A stretch of DNA of 64,000 nt from NCBI GenBank assembly GCA_937625935.1, contig OW569356.1, forward strand, positions 62,001 through 126,000, read 5' to 3'. The position numbers were made by a program, and so were the translations under genes. Origin of the DNA: Tetramitus jugosus (lineage: Eukaryota > Protista > Heterolobosea). Each line of letters opens with the position of its first letter. The first letter of the stretch is position 1. The notes beneath the pieces were generated by a model. The model was not told where the DNA came from. It worked only from the letters and a program-made list of their open reading frames with translations, and made no database searches. Below, one piece after another: positions 20,484-32,581 of this stretch.

Positions 20484-23400
20484 TTAATGATACATGGATC
20501 CTCCTGTACTTGCACCAGCAAATAATTGCTCCTCCAAGCAAGCATCCTTCAATTGTTTCATTGTGAGAATTTTATCCACTCCCAGACATGCACGAGCACA
20601 GGCTCTAAACACACAATTCTCAATCTGGCCACCAGTGAATTCAAAGTCGTTAGCCAGTGCGTCCAAGTTGATATCGCTTGACAAGGGAACTCTTGATGGT
20701 ATGATCTTGCGCCACAAACCCTTTCTTAAGGTGGCATTCGGCACAGTAAACTCGATAATAAACTTGAATTTTTGACGGATGGGATCATTGAGTAAGTTCT
20801 CTACGTTTGTGATCATAATCAACATGCCATTATATTGGCTCAGGCTACTGAAGAGAGCAAAGTGCTCTTCCAACTTTTGTGGATCATTGATTGACAATTC
20901 AATCACCAAGATGGCACCAGTCTTCTTTGTTTCACGGAATAGAGTATCCAGATTCCTCGTCGTATTGTAAGCATACTTGCTCATGATTTCAGTCATGTCT
21001 ACAATCTTGAGCGGAAGGCCACATTCGAAGCCAATGACCTCTGCGCAAAGACTTTTGCCTGTGCCTGAAGGACCATGGAGCAAGATGGTCATGGCTTGTT
21101 TCGATCCTCGTTCATCGAATCCCCATTGGCCAATCAAAATTTTTCTCGCCTTCTCGAATGAGACAATCTCTTGCACGCGTGACATGACAGACTTTTGTAA
21201 GATGAGGTCCTTAATGCTTCGGGAGGGCACGATTCGACGATCAAACTCATTCATCTGCAGTATTCCTTGCATTTGCAGTTTGGCAGCTCGTTCCAAATCA
21301 CACTCCTGAATGATGGGATCCTTACCGTCTCTTGCTACAGCAAATGACAAGGCACTCAACACTGCATTCTTGATGAGACCTCCCGTTAATTCATAATTCA
21401 TTGATAACTTGTCAAAATCAATATCGTCTGCCATCACGATCCCTTGTGGGAAGTGCTTTCTCCAAATCTCTCGTCTCAACAAAGGATCAGGTGAGCGGAA
21501 TTCGACAGATAGTGTGATTCTTCGGTGCATTGCTTCATCTAGTTCGTACACGCGATTCGTCGCCATAATGATCAAGTTATCATGCTTTTCAATCTCTGTG
21601 AGTAAGCTCGCTACATCGCTACCACCCTTCTTACGAGACTCGAAAAACGATTCACATTCGTCAAAGAACAACAGTGCGTCATTGATCTTGGCTTCTCTGA
21701 AAATAAACTTCAAGAGTTCACCTGCTTGAGCTCCTAGATTTGAAAAGTTGACTAGCAATAGCTTCTTGTTCAAATGATTTGCAAGTGCGTTGGCCAACAT
21801 GGTCTTACCTGTACCACTCGGTCCAAAGAACATGAGCGTTAAACTTGTTCCATATGCGAGTAGATCATCGAATCCAAGTTTTTTTCGATGTTGTTTGTAC
21901 ACTTCAAAGTTGGATACTGTGTCGATAATGAGCTTCTTTTGTTCCTCTGGCAAGACAACATTCTCCAGTTTGACCTGAGGAAAGTAGAGATTGGATCCTT
22001 CGACAATTTCGCTGAATTCCGAGTCGAGACCAGCAATATAATCCAGCATTCTTCTATCGATATTTACTAGACATTCAGTCAGATCTCCCGAAAGAAGATC
22101 TGACACTCGAATCATGCCATCTTTCACGAGAGCAGCCTTCTTATAAAAGTATTTTCTGTGCATAAGTCTTTCTTCCAATGTGTCACACAAAATCCATAAT
22201 ACATATCCAACACTGATGTCCTTTGGTGATCGAATGTTGTACGATTGAGACATGGATATACTGACATCATGAGATATAATTGCAGAAACAAGCAGTATTA
22301 GAATCATCTTCTCAAACTCGTCCAAATTTCTAATCTTTGCCAATCGTTCTAATCGTGGTAAAAATTTTGAGTTGGATAGCCGTTTGCTGCCTTTGCTCTT
22401 TAACATTCTCTCCTTTGCATGAAGTTCTCTCAATATAGAATCAGTGCTTCTCTCTCGAGAAACCTTGTAGCCAACATCGGACTCTTGTTCCTTCTTCTCG
22501 CTTTCCATGTTTCTCACTTTGATTCTCGCGGATAAAAACTGGAACCGATCATCCAAATATTCAATATCATTCTTGTACGGCGTCAAGAACTGCTCATCTG
22601 TTGAAAAGGTCTTTCCACTGTCTTCTTCTCCAGACTTACTGGTCGCAATGTTCGTCGTTGTTGTGTGGTCCTCCTTCAAATAGTCATATAGATCAAACTC
22701 GTTTGTCGCTTCATCCTCCTTTAATTGATCGTCCAATTCTTGCAACTCTCGCTCGAGATCTTCTTCATTCACCTCGCCTCCGTCAAATTCTTCATCGTTA
22801 TTGTACTCATTGCTTGTCCTTTGCTTGTTCCGCTTGCTCTTTGTGTTCGCTTCATCATGATCATCCGTAATGCCACTGATTGAAAATCCTGGTTCTTCCA
22901 ACAAGATTTCAGCCACCGCAGTCTTATCAATCTTCAAGAATTCAGCAGCACTTAATTGTGATCCCAACAGTGCCCACATGCACTCCTTGGGCATCTTCAC
23001 CAAGCTTCCACTCAACGTATCACGATACTGACTGTCCACTTCAATAATCTCTTGCTTGCAATGCAGTCTACTAGGAGATATAAAATCCAACAGTTCTGTC
23101 GATGACATGTGACTATACTTTGCCATGAATGCAGCGGTAGAGATCATACTGGTTGAATCCAGAGTCGAATACAGTGCTCCACACTGAGAAACAAGCACAT
23201 AGATGAATGCTCTCTGTTCCTTTGCACTCAAATTCAATTTTTGAGACATGCGAACAACACGTGGCAACCAGCAAGAGACTTTATCTTGTTTCTCTTCCTT
23301 TCCATCATTGTCGCTCCTATCATTTTCTTCAAGTTGGTCCTGCTCACTGTGATCCACATGGTCCTGTTCCTCATCTTCATTACTGTGATCCATTGAGAGA

Positions 23401-23726
23401 GCCAATCTCTCAATAATCGACTGATCCAACACTTGTTCCACACGAGTCAATCGTTCATACAATTGCTTTGTTTCGTGCTTGTTAAAATTGGCCGATTGAA
23501 ACATTTTTTTAATGTTTTCAATTTGGGCCATCACACAAAACAAGTACTCGTGAGACAACACGTATTCAGCATCCGAGGTGAACACTTGTTGATTCAAATT
23601 GTGATTCTCAATTTGATCAACATGTGTCATCAAGTCCTTGAACAAGAAGAATTCAACATCAGTGTCATCAACAGTACTTGTTGTTACTCTTGGATCAGGT
23701 ACTACTTGTTCTGCTTGTTGCCTCAT
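20484..23726 (-). CDS. Double-AAA+ ATPase with duplicated N-terminal helical/winged-helix region
   Basis: Walker A GPSGTGKT, Walker B LLFFDECE and ATNR...DEAMHRR; second module GPSGTGKS with degenerate Walker B. Confidence 0.85.
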   Translation of the reverse strand: MRQQAEQVVPDPRVTTSTVDDTDVEFFLFKDLMTHVDQIENHNLNQQVFTSDAEYVLSHEYLFCVMAQIENIKKMFQSANFNKHETKQLYERLTRVEQVLDQSIIERLALSMDHSNEDEEQDHVDHSEQDQLEENDRSDNDGKEEKQDKVSCWLPRVVRMSQKLNLSAKEQRAFIYVLVSQCGALYSTLDSTSMISTAAFMAKYSHMSSTELLDFISPSRLHCKQEIIEVDSQYRDTLSGSLVKMPKECMWALLGSQLSAAEFLKIDKTAVAEILLEEPGFSISGITDDHDEANTKSKRNKQRTSNEYNNDEEFDGGEVNEEDLERELQELDDQLKEDEATNEFDLYDYLKEDHTTTTNIATSKSGEEDSGKTFSTDEQFLTPYKNDIEYLDDRFQFLSARIKVRNMESEKKEQESDVGYKVSRERSTDSILRELHAKERMLKSKGSKRLSNSKFLPRLERLAKIRNLDEFEKMILILLVSAIISHDVSISMSQSYNIRSPKDISVGYVLWILCDTLEERLMHRKYFYKKAALVKDGMIRVSDLLSGDLTECLVNIDRRMLDYIAGLDSEFSEIVEGSNLYFPQVKLENVVLPEEQKKLIIDTVSNFEVYKQHRKKLGFDDLLAYGTSLTLMFFGPSGTGKTMLANALANHLNKKLLLVNFSNLGAQAGELLKFIFREAKINDALLFFDECESFFESRKKGGSDVASLLTEIEKHDNLIIMATNRVYELDEAMHRRITLSVEFRSPDPLLRREIWRKHFPQGIVMADDIDFDKLSMNYELTGGLIKNAVLSALSFAVARDGKDPIIQECDLERAAKLQMQGILQMNEFDRRIVPSRSIKDLILQKSVMSRVQEIVSFEKARKILIGQWGFDERGSKQAMTILLHGPSGTGKSLCAEVIGFECGLPLKIVDMTEIMSKYAYNTTRNLDTLFRETKKTGAILVIELSINDPQKLEEHFALFSSLSQYNGMLIMITNVENLLNDPIRQKFKFIIEFTVPNATLRKGLWRKIIPSRVPLSSDINLDALANDFEFTGGQIENCVFRACARACLGVDKILTMKQLKDACLEEQLFAGASTGGSMYH

Positions 23727-23850
23727 GTTTTTGCTTGTTTGTTTTTGGACAAAATGAACTGAAAATTCAAAGATCTTTTTCCTCCGAACAAAAAAGCTTT
23801 CTTGTGCAAAGGAACTTGTCATATTTATTCTTGTTTCGAGCTGGAGTAAA

Positions 23851-25308
23851 TTAGTAACTCTTTATTTCGTCAATGTAGTCCTTGACATCATAAACACGGT
23901 CTTGATCTTCATGAGCCTTGGCAGACTCCATGATTTGATCCAGTGCTTTTGCGAGTCGAGAGTTTGACTTTGTTGTTTGTCGATAGAGTTGACGAACGTG
24001 GTCCGCCATGGCCAAATCTCTCAGGACGAGCAACGCCTTCTCCACCAAGTCAATCTCACTGTCATTCTCCAGGTGAGCAAATCGTTCGAGCACCACGAGA
24101 ATCAACTGATCGAAATGAAGCAGGATTTGTGTGGCCAGACTCGTCTTTTGAGGCGCTCCCTCCTCACAAATCATCAAATTAAACAACAAGAACAGTAGCT
24201 TTGTAGTGAGCTTGTTTGCATATTCTTGATAGGGTGCCAAAGCTTCTGCTTCTTCTTTTTCTTCAGTTGCCAATGCTGTTGTTAATTTCACAACATGATT
24301 GGTATTTCTTTGAATCAACGGAATCATTAGGCGTTGAATTCCGTCCAATTCCAAGAAACGAAGCAACGAAACACCTTGATTACTGCACAGTGCAGACAAC
24401 AGCGATACCAATTTTTCTTGCATTCTTGTTCTCGTTTTCAACGAAACCATGACTGGTTGCTTATTTTCACTTACATTTTCACCTTGATTTTCACCTTGAT
24501 TTTCACTGTCATCATTCCCATCGTACAACAACAAATTCATCACAAATGGAAACGCTTCCGATTGAAACAATGCTTGTGTCTGCAACCATCCATTATTGTG
24601 CAAACAAGTAATCATATTGTCCAATGCTTCCAATGCCAAAGTATACAACTCTTCTTCTTCTTCCTCATTCTTCTTCTTCTGCTTGTCATCTTCATCTTCC
24701 CTGTTGTTATTTGCTACAGAGGCAGAAAATTGAAGAAATTCATTGAGAATATTGAGCATGACTTGTGTTCCGTTCAACTTGTGAAAATCATTGGCAAAAT
24801 CAATCTTGTCAATCACGTCGCGCAACTTTATCAAACTATAGAATCGATCCTCATTGGTAATACCTTGTCTCAATCGTTCTTCTGTCGTCATTGATAGAAT
24901 GTTCAATTGATTTTTCATGTGTTGAATCGCATCAATTGGTCTACTATGAGTCACTGGTGTTGTTGTTGTTGTTGTTGAACTATCATCATTAGTAGTAGTA
25001 GTAGTAGTAGTTGATGATGATGATTTTTGATCACCAAATAACATTTGAGCTTTTTGTTTGAGAAGAGCTTCTTCTTCTTGTTTATTAGATGATTGTTGTT
25101 GTTGGTCATTGTGTTGTTGAGAGAGTGATTTGAGTTTGGTGGGATCAGAGTTTTGAATGGCCCAGAAGAATAAACTGTTCATTCTGCTTTGATCAAACGG
25201 TTGTTGTTGTTGACTCTGTTGACTTTGTTGTGATGATGATGTGGTGGAGGTGGTGGAGGGAGGTCCAAGGGATAGTGGAAGGTTAGTAGTGTTGTTGTTG
25301 TCAGACAT
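23851..25308 (-). CDS. FES1: Hsp70 nucleotide exchange factor Fes1/HspBP1 (ARM repeats)
   Basis: NSLFFWAIQNS, IDKIDFANDFHKLNG and LHNNGWLQ motifs. Confidence 0.75.
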   Translation of the reverse strand: MSDNNNTTNLPLSLGPPSTTSTTSSSQQSQQSQQQQPFDQSRMNSLFFWAIQNSDPTKLKSLSQQHNDQQQQSSNKQEEEALLKQKAQMLFGDQKSSSSTTTTTTTNDDSSTTTTTTPVTHSRPIDAIQHMKNQLNILSMTTEERLRQGITNEDRFYSLIKLRDVIDKIDFANDFHKLNGTQVMLNILNEFLQFSASVANNNREDEDDKQKKKNEEEEEELYTLALEALDNMITCLHNNGWLQTQALFQSEAFPFVMNLLLYDGNDDSENQGENQGENVSENKQPVMVSLKTRTRMQEKLVSLLSALCSNQGVSLLRFLELDGIQRLMIPLIQRNTNHVVKLTTALATEEKEEAEALAPYQEYANKLTTKLLFLLFNLMICEEGAPQKTSLATQILLHFDQLILVVLERFAHLENDSEIDLVEKALLVLRDLAMADHVRQLYRQTTKSNSRLAKALDQIMESAKAHEDQDRVYDVKDYIDEIKSY

Positions 25309-25762
25309 GGTATATGTATTGTATGAGGTATGTATTGTTGTGGTTGTTGTATGGTTGGATTTTGGAATGGTGGAAAAAAAACTCTTGTGATCAAAGTGTT
25401 CGAGCGACGACAGGAAGTTTTGGTGAAGAGGAAAGTTTGCATTCCGCTTGCTTTCCGAGCATTCCGTGAGCTCAACAAGTTCCTGAAGGTATTGGTGAGA
25501 TATGGTCATTCTGTATTGAAAACGAAAGTTTACCGTAGATCTCTGTCACTGCTGGCAAATGAATGGATCAGTTCCCCACTCATCATCAGAATACAACCAG
25601 CAAAAAAAACTGTTCCTTCCAACTCAAAAACTCCTCTCTTCCACCAATCGGACTAAATTAACAAGGAAGGAACAACAACAAAAAAAAAGACCCAACAAAA
25701 AAACAATCGCAACTCAACAACAACATTAAGTTCGAACGAAACGAAACAACAGATAAAAAAAA

Positions 25763-26530
25763 ATGTCAGCCTACAATGATCACAACATTAATGATGCCTC
25801 CGAGTGGCTCATTGTTTTTTCACAATGTGCCGAACAGATTCAATTGATGCAGGAGGCCATTACAAAACGCAATGAAAAACAAGTCAGTGCCAACAAGTCA
25901 GAATCAGAGAGTACGAAGCTTGTTGAGTTGAGTGCAAAGCTAAAGAGAGATTTGAGAACCATGAAGACTGACCTCGATAAGCTTGGCTCCGCTCTTCAAA
26001 ACTCCGCTAATGAAATTTCGGGTCGGGAAATTGGAAGGCGGAGAGATCAGTTGAATGAGTTGGTTCAGAGGAGAGAGGAACTCGTGAAATTGTTGAATAA
26101 GAAACCGACGTCATCTACTGGTGGAAATGCGCGAAAAAATTTGTTGGGGTCGGACAAAAAGTCGGGAAAATCCGCACCGGAGCAAGAACCGGAGAGTATT
26201 CGGAATATGCAGAATGAGCAGGTGTTGATGTATCAGAACAAGGTCATGGATGATCAGGACAAGGGATTGGACATGTTGAGTCATGCACTCGATCGAACAA
26301 AGAACATTGGATTGGCCATTAGTGATGAATTGGATGAACACAAGGTACTGTTGAGAGATTTGGACCGGGATGTGGAGAGAACAGATGTGAGACTTCACAG
26401 GGAAACGAGGCGAATTGATAAATTGCTAAAGAGTGGAAAGATGCCGTTGGCTCTCTGTATCATTGTTGTTCTATTTTGCATTATTATTGCACTGGTGCTC
26501 GTTGTGCTCAAATTCTCCAAGGTTTTCTAA
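25763..26530 (+). CDS. Qc-SNARE (syntaxin-8/SYP5-like)
   Basis: Habc with EIGRRRDQL, SNARE motif QDKGLDMLS...GLAISDELDEH and a C-terminal TM anchor. Confidence 0.85.
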   Translation: MSAYNDHNINDASEWLIVFSQCAEQIQLMQEAITKRNEKQVSANKSESESTKLVELSAKLKRDLRTMKTDLDKLGSALQNSANEISGREIGRRRDQLNELVQRREELVKLLNKKPTSSTGGNARKNLLGSDKKSGKSAPEQEPESIRNMQNEQVLMYQNKVMDDQDKGLDMLSHALDRTKNIGLAISDELDEHKVLLRDLDRDVERTDVRLHRETRRIDKLLKSGKMPLALCIIVVLFCIIIALVLVVLKFSKVF

Positions 26531-26699
26531 TGAATTAATAATAATAATAAGGTGGTTTTATGGACAGAAAGGATTGACGTGTGCACACATGCATAAGAGA
26601 TCACAAAAAGTGAGACTCACAATACTTATGAATACATTGTAAAAGAATGATTGTATTTTCTTAAATATTACACAAAAAAGCATTTTGATTCCAAAGATA

Positions 26700-27776
26700 T
26701 CACTGATTCCTAGGTCTCTTTGAACCACGTTCCTCTCCACCACCACCATTCATGACACCACCAACCATGGAGCTCTTTGATCCTATTGGCTGTTGATGTT
26801 GTTGCGGATGTGACGACGATGACGATGGTGGTGCAGGTGCCGACACTGTTCGATTGCCCGAACTGCACACGTCCGTAATCGTTCGAATCTGCTGCAACAA
26901 ATCTCTCGCAAGTTTCGTAAACTTTGGCAACGGATTCTCCATGTCATGCGTCAACTCATTCATCTGCTTGGCTCGATTATACTCATCAATTTGACTCTTC
27001 AAATTCAACACGTGATCCGTTTCCAGTTCCATCTCAATCTCATATGTCGGTCTCTGATTCGGCTCCTGAATCAACGATCCAAACTTGTCACAGTTATAGT
27101 TATGAACTACGGTAATATCTACGCGCCAAACATTATCAAACTTGTAACTGATTCTGTCCTTTTCTCTGACGCGCTTTCGAACAATTTCATCATCCGGAAA
27201 ATCAACCGGTACTTCATCACTGACACTAATCCGAAAATCGTACATGCGGTGCGGACAAAAAAAATTCAAATCGGTCACCTTGTCCTTACTGATGGCTCTC
27301 TTTCGTTCCTTTGTGATCGGATCGACCGACACTCTCACCCAATTGTTTTTTCTGTTTCGATCATTGGAAACCTTGTAAAATTCGTCTTCTTCCTTGACTC
27401 GTTCATACTCGATCAATGGTCCATGATATTTGCCCTGATTCTTCCATGTCTTTAATTCTCCGAATCTCCGATTCAAAAATTCATTGAGTTGTCGGAATGT
27501 TTCCAGAGAGACGGTGCTACTGAATTCGAGATCATTGTAATAGCCTTCTTGTGATCTCTGTATGACACATTCGGATGTGACTCTAGGTTCCAAGTGCATT
27601 CGTTTAAATGTCGTTCTGCTGTTGAACGTTCCAATTTTAGCTTCGACTTCGATCGATGGTTTGTTCACGTAGCGCCACAGCATGTCACTCACTTGACGAA
27701 GTGATTCATCGAGTGGTTCTCGACCAAACATGAGTTCACTGACGGATGGTGATGAGGATGATGAGGATGAACTCAT
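26700..27776 (-). CDS. CET1: mRNA-capping RNA 5'-triphosphatase, triphosphate tunnel metalloenzyme (Cet1-like)
   Basis: Motif A IEVEAKIG, DFRISVSDE, REKDRISYKF...RVDITVV and motif C YEIEMEL. Confidence 0.85.
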   Translation of the reverse strand: MSSSSSSSSPSVSELMFGREPLDESLRQVSDMLWRYVNKPSIEVEAKIGTFNSRTTFKRMHLEPRVTSECVIQRSQEGYYNDLEFSSTVSLETFRQLNEFLNRRFGELKTWKNQGKYHGPLIEYERVKEEDEFYKVSNDRNRKNNWVRVSVDPITKERKRAISKDKVTDLNFFCPHRMYDFRISVSDEVPVDFPDDEIVRKRVREKDRISYKFDNVWRVDITVVHNYNCDKFGSLIQEPNQRPTYEIEMELETDHVLNLKSQIDEYNRAKQMNELTHDMENPLPKFTKLARDLLQQIRTITDVCSSGNRTVSAPAPPSSSSSHPQQHQQPIGSKSSMVGGVMNGGGGEERGSKRPRNQ

Positions 27777-27898
27777 GTTGTTTGTGTTTTTGTGGTTTTG
27801 GTTTTTTTTGGTTTTTTTGGTTTTTTGATCAAGTCGGAAAACTTGTATTTTCGCGCTTTCGGAATACAATCGAAGTGGTCCAATCATCCAAATCCAAT

Positions 27899-30800
27899 TT
27901 ACACGGCTCGTCGTCGCCTTCTTGCTTGTCTGCCTCTCCGTGAAATGACTGGTGTTTTTGGTTCGGCCTCCTCTGCTGATTCTTCTTCTCCTGCTTTCTC
28001 ATCATCATCATCTGGTTGTTCCGTGTTGTGTTCATTGTCCTCTTGAGAATCAGATTCTTCACTGTCAGATGAAGGCTCCCGGGAGATCTTTGCTCTCTTG
28101 GCACTGCGTCCTCGCTTGACCATTGTGATGCGTTTGACAGGTGTGGATGCTACTTGTCCCTCTTGCTCTTCTTCCTCTGCTTCATTGGAGGGAAGTGTGG
28201 CTGTTTCGGTATCACTTTCCTCATCTTGCATTGGATCTGCGGCAGCATCGTTCTCTTCGTCTTCTTCTTCAGAGTCGTTTTCTTCTTCTTCTTCCTCTTC
28301 CTCCTCTTCTTCTTCTTCCCATTCTTGTACCTTTCTCTTTCTTCCCCTGCGAGCTTTGGGCGTCTTGGGTGCAGTCTCTTTTGCTTGTTGCTTTGTCTTC
28401 TTCTTTTTCGATGTGGCTTCAACAACATGTTGTTCATACTGGAAGTCATCAGATAATTTGGCATGTAGCTCTTCAATCTTCTTCTCCCAATCTTCTACTG
28501 CTTGTTTCAGACTATCGCTACCAGCACTCTTTTTACTCTTTTCATTGCTCACTAACTTCTTCGTGCCCAGTGTTCTGATGGTTTCGAATACCTCCTGATC
28601 AGCAAGAGCATGCTGATACTCCTTGAGACATTCAATTAATTTCTTTACACACTTGTCATTGAACGAAGGTAGAAGCGTGAGACAATAGGCAATATCTCTC
28701 CACTGAGTAATTGGGTTAGTTTTGAAGAGCAACTCGGTATCTGATGAAGGATTCTGAGAAGTGGCAACTCCATTTTCATCATGCATGGCATTATCGATAC
28801 TTGATTGTTGGAAGCAATCCACTGTAATTGCCTTGAATCTCTGGCACAATTTCTCTACGAGTTTCTCATTATGTCTATCCTTTGTCACAAATGAAAGCAT
28901 AAACTTCATAATATTTCTAAACGATTCCTGTGCCACATTCTCAGCAGATAAGCGACTCAGCACATCAGGCAACAAATTGTAGATCGGATTATTGTTGCCT
29001 GAAGATTTCTTTGCTAGTTCCGTAAAGAACGCTTTGGAAAGGCCAGCAATCTCTTGGTCATAATCTTCTATTAAACGAACGATATCACTAATGTTGGACT
29101 TAACCTTCACCATATCATTCAGAACCAAGTGACAGAGCACCATTAGAGTTTGTTTTCTGACACCACGATGCACATCCTTCAAGCAGTGATACAAATGGTG
29201 TGTCCAAGGCTCAACAGCATTGGGATATCTACAAGCGAGATCACCTACAGTGACAATAATATTGGCCTTGGCTGACTTTTCATGTTGCAATAGGGTGAAT
29301 AGCAATTGAAGATTCAGCTCACAGAAATCTAAATTCACGTTCATAAACTTACAAAGAGCAAAGATCGCATGTGTACGCAGGCTTGGATCTGAATACGTCT
29401 TTCCATAGTAATCTCGACAAACCTCCTGGATTAAAGGAGCATACTGCATATATATGGACTGTGGTCCAAGAATCATTCGTTCTCTTTCTTCGAACGTCTC
29501 ATCTAATTCGTGATCTTCAAGATTATTGGGGTCCAATCCAAGTTCTGCTTCAATAGTTGACTTTGCAGCTGTCTCCTCATCATCACTATCGTCCTTCTTC
29601 TTCCTTCGACCCTTCTTTGACTTTGATGCTTTGCTTTGCTTGTTTTCTGCCTCTAATAGTGAGAGCTGTCGATGCTTTTTGGCTAGTTTGTGTTGAGATT
29701 CTACTAGCACCAACTCCTTCAATGCCGAGTGACCCAACACGAAAAAGAGTTTAGTTAAGTCAGGAATAGAAACACCGATTTGAGTTGATATCAGGGGGGC
29801 AGTGCCATCCTCTGTTCCCATGTTCACATCCTCTTGGTTATCAGATATATTCTCATTTGTGGTACTGACTCTTCGTGCTAGCTGAGTGATAATTCTCTGG
29901 GATATGTCAAGAGGACGATCACACAAAGCAAATATACATCGAATTGCACGATCTGCGAACGGTACCCATTCATCAATACTGTAGTACTTAAGACAGAGAA
30001 GCTGAGCCAAACGCAAAAATAGAATATTATCATGTTGCACTTTGAAGTTGGCCTGTCCTCCAGTATAAATTAAAACTTCATCGTCTTGCTTTTTCTTCAC
30101 CTCAGCATTTTTTGAATCGTCTATGGCTAATCTCTCTAAGATATCACAGGTAAATATGGCTAATTGCACATGTTTTTCTGCTCTCTCTCCTAATCCATCT
30201 CTCACCAATGTCTTAATTCTTTGACGAAGAGCTGATGGTCTCGCGTTTGCTATCATACGTAAAATTATCGCTGCTCCAGAACAGTCGCTCTCAGTTGGAT
30301 CAGGTACTTGATCTGTCAATTTGTACAGTTCAAGCAAAGCTAGGAATAACTTTTTAGGGAACAAATCTTTCTGAATACAAAGTGTCACAATTGCTTCGAG
30401 CGCAGTCACTTCTTGTTGAGTACAAGATCTAACCAATAATATTAGTTTTCGTGCCATACTGACAGACTCCTCAGGATTCTTGTAGAAGCGTTGAGATAGA
30501 AACAATTGTTCAAAAGCATTGAGTACAGCTTCTTTGATTGATTGCTCGTTTGACCATATCAACTTCATCATGTACTTTATCCCTTGCTCTGAACCATCGA
30601 TTTGTGATAAATATGTCCTAGCTAGAAAATCAATACACTCAGTCACATCTGATGATGTTGCGGTGTGTAGTAGTTCGCAAGCAAGTGGTAGACAAAGTTG
30701 GAGTTGATCTATAGCGCGTAAAGCTTCACTTAGAAATGCCTTTTGAGATAAATGCTTTTTGAGAATGCTCTGTGGGATCTTGTCTACCTGTACAAGCTCT

Positions 30801-32424
30801 TGGTCAACTTTTGCTAATTCGTCAGCAAAGTGAGAACGTCGAAGTCCACAATTTGCTGTGATATATGGATTATTGTCCAAAATATTGGACAAGAATTGTA
30901 CTGCGGCCTTTCTTACAAAAGCACTCTTATCGTGCAGACGACCTCTCACAAGCGCAATGATATCAGGCAACAACTTTAATGGCAAAGCGCGCTCCTCACA
31001 CAAATAGGACCAGCATTGAATTACCTTGGATCTCGTATATGCAATTGAATCTCTAAATCTCTCCTCTAAGATTCCTAACAGATCGTCACGAGCTTTAACA
31101 GCTATTTCACTATTATCCTTGGTTAAAATTTGAGCAACTACACGTGACAGTGCATGAACAATACTATTACGTATTACATATGATTCATCATTTAAGTGAA
31201 CCATAAGAACGCTAATATTATGGAGGACACTTCTTGGAATTCGATCACCAACAAGCGTAATAAAGTTGGACAAGTGCGTAGTTGCCGATTTATCCATATT
31301 CAAGTCTTCGTTCTCCAACTTTCCAATCTCAATAAAAATTTCGTTTGTAAACTGTAGTGTGACAGAGTTTTGTGGATCTGCTCTATTGCTATTCTCTTCG
31401 GCCATCGTCTCCAACAAATCTACCACTGTATCGGCCATATGCTCATACTTTAGTATCATGTTTACAATCGCCGAAACAGCACCAGTTAAACTATCAAGGG
31501 AAGAAAGAGCAACCGTAATCAACTGAAATACAGAGGCAGTCGTTGATTTTGATTTGATGTTCTCTCCATTTTCCAACATGGAGTACGCAATGTTGAAGAA
31601 TAGCAAGAGGAATGAGTCCTCAGCTCTATCTGATCTCCAAAGTTTACCCAAATCGTAATCAAAAACACTGCTCATTGATTTAATCATACGCTCCTTCCAT
31701 GAGTCAATACCTATTGTTTCCTTTCTTCTTGAGCCCTTTGTCTTCTTCTTGGCAGCTTTTGCAACCACTTCCTCAATTTCTGCTCGCTCCAGTAACGATA
31801 CGGTCCAATGGGTCAAATAGACGTACATTTTCAGAGCATTCCGATGAATTTTGAGAGCAACTTCGAAATGATCATCTGACGAAGTACTCTGCCTGTAGTG
31901 TTCATATGATGGGCAATTGTGTGACAAACTAGTGTTAGACACGAATATAAATCGATCAACAAAATAATTCAAATTCGCTGATACATACGCATCCGACAAC
32001 AATCGACCAATGGATTGTAATAGAGAATTCAACCCAGATATCAGCAGTTCAATGACTCGAAGGTGCAAATCATCTGACAGCAATGAAAAATGTCTGTTTT
32101 GACAAAAACACAGACTTGTTAGTCATCTCAACGACACACAAACCAATAACAACAACAACAACAACAAAATTCGACCAAAAGTCCAGACACTGTAGATTCG
32201 ACGTACTTTAGCATACTGTACAGGGTATCAAAATTCTCATGCTTATGAATCAAATAAGCTTTTTCCTCCAAACTTTCTTCGACATCTGTGAGACATCCTT
32301 GTAGAATCGATTGATTAGCAGAAGCAACTTCCAACACTGTCATGACATAGTATTTTCCCATTTGTTCATCTTCTAAATCCTCATGACGCAGTGGAATAAG
32401 GAATTCCACAATTTCTTCACTCAT
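27899..32424 (-). CDS. NCAPD2: Condensin I HEAT subunit CAP-D2/Cnd1; exons 32424-32207 and 32093-27899
   Basis: Intron 32206-32094 (GTACGT donor, GACTAAC branch, CAG acceptor, phase 2) joins the frames. Motifs: ESYVIRNS, YTRSKVIQ, DKSAFVRKAA, ALCKFM, HLVLNDMVKVK, IYNLLPD. Confidence 0.92.
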
Positions 32425-32581
32425 TTTTGTTTGTTGTGTTTTGTGTGAAGGAGATCTCTGCTCTGTCTGTATTTTTGTGGATTTCAGAGAACCAGATTTT
32501 TTTGTGCAAGAAAATGAACGAACTGAAATGAGCGCCAAAAATTTGGCGCGAAACTGTGCCAGTTGCAAGACAATTGAGCTT

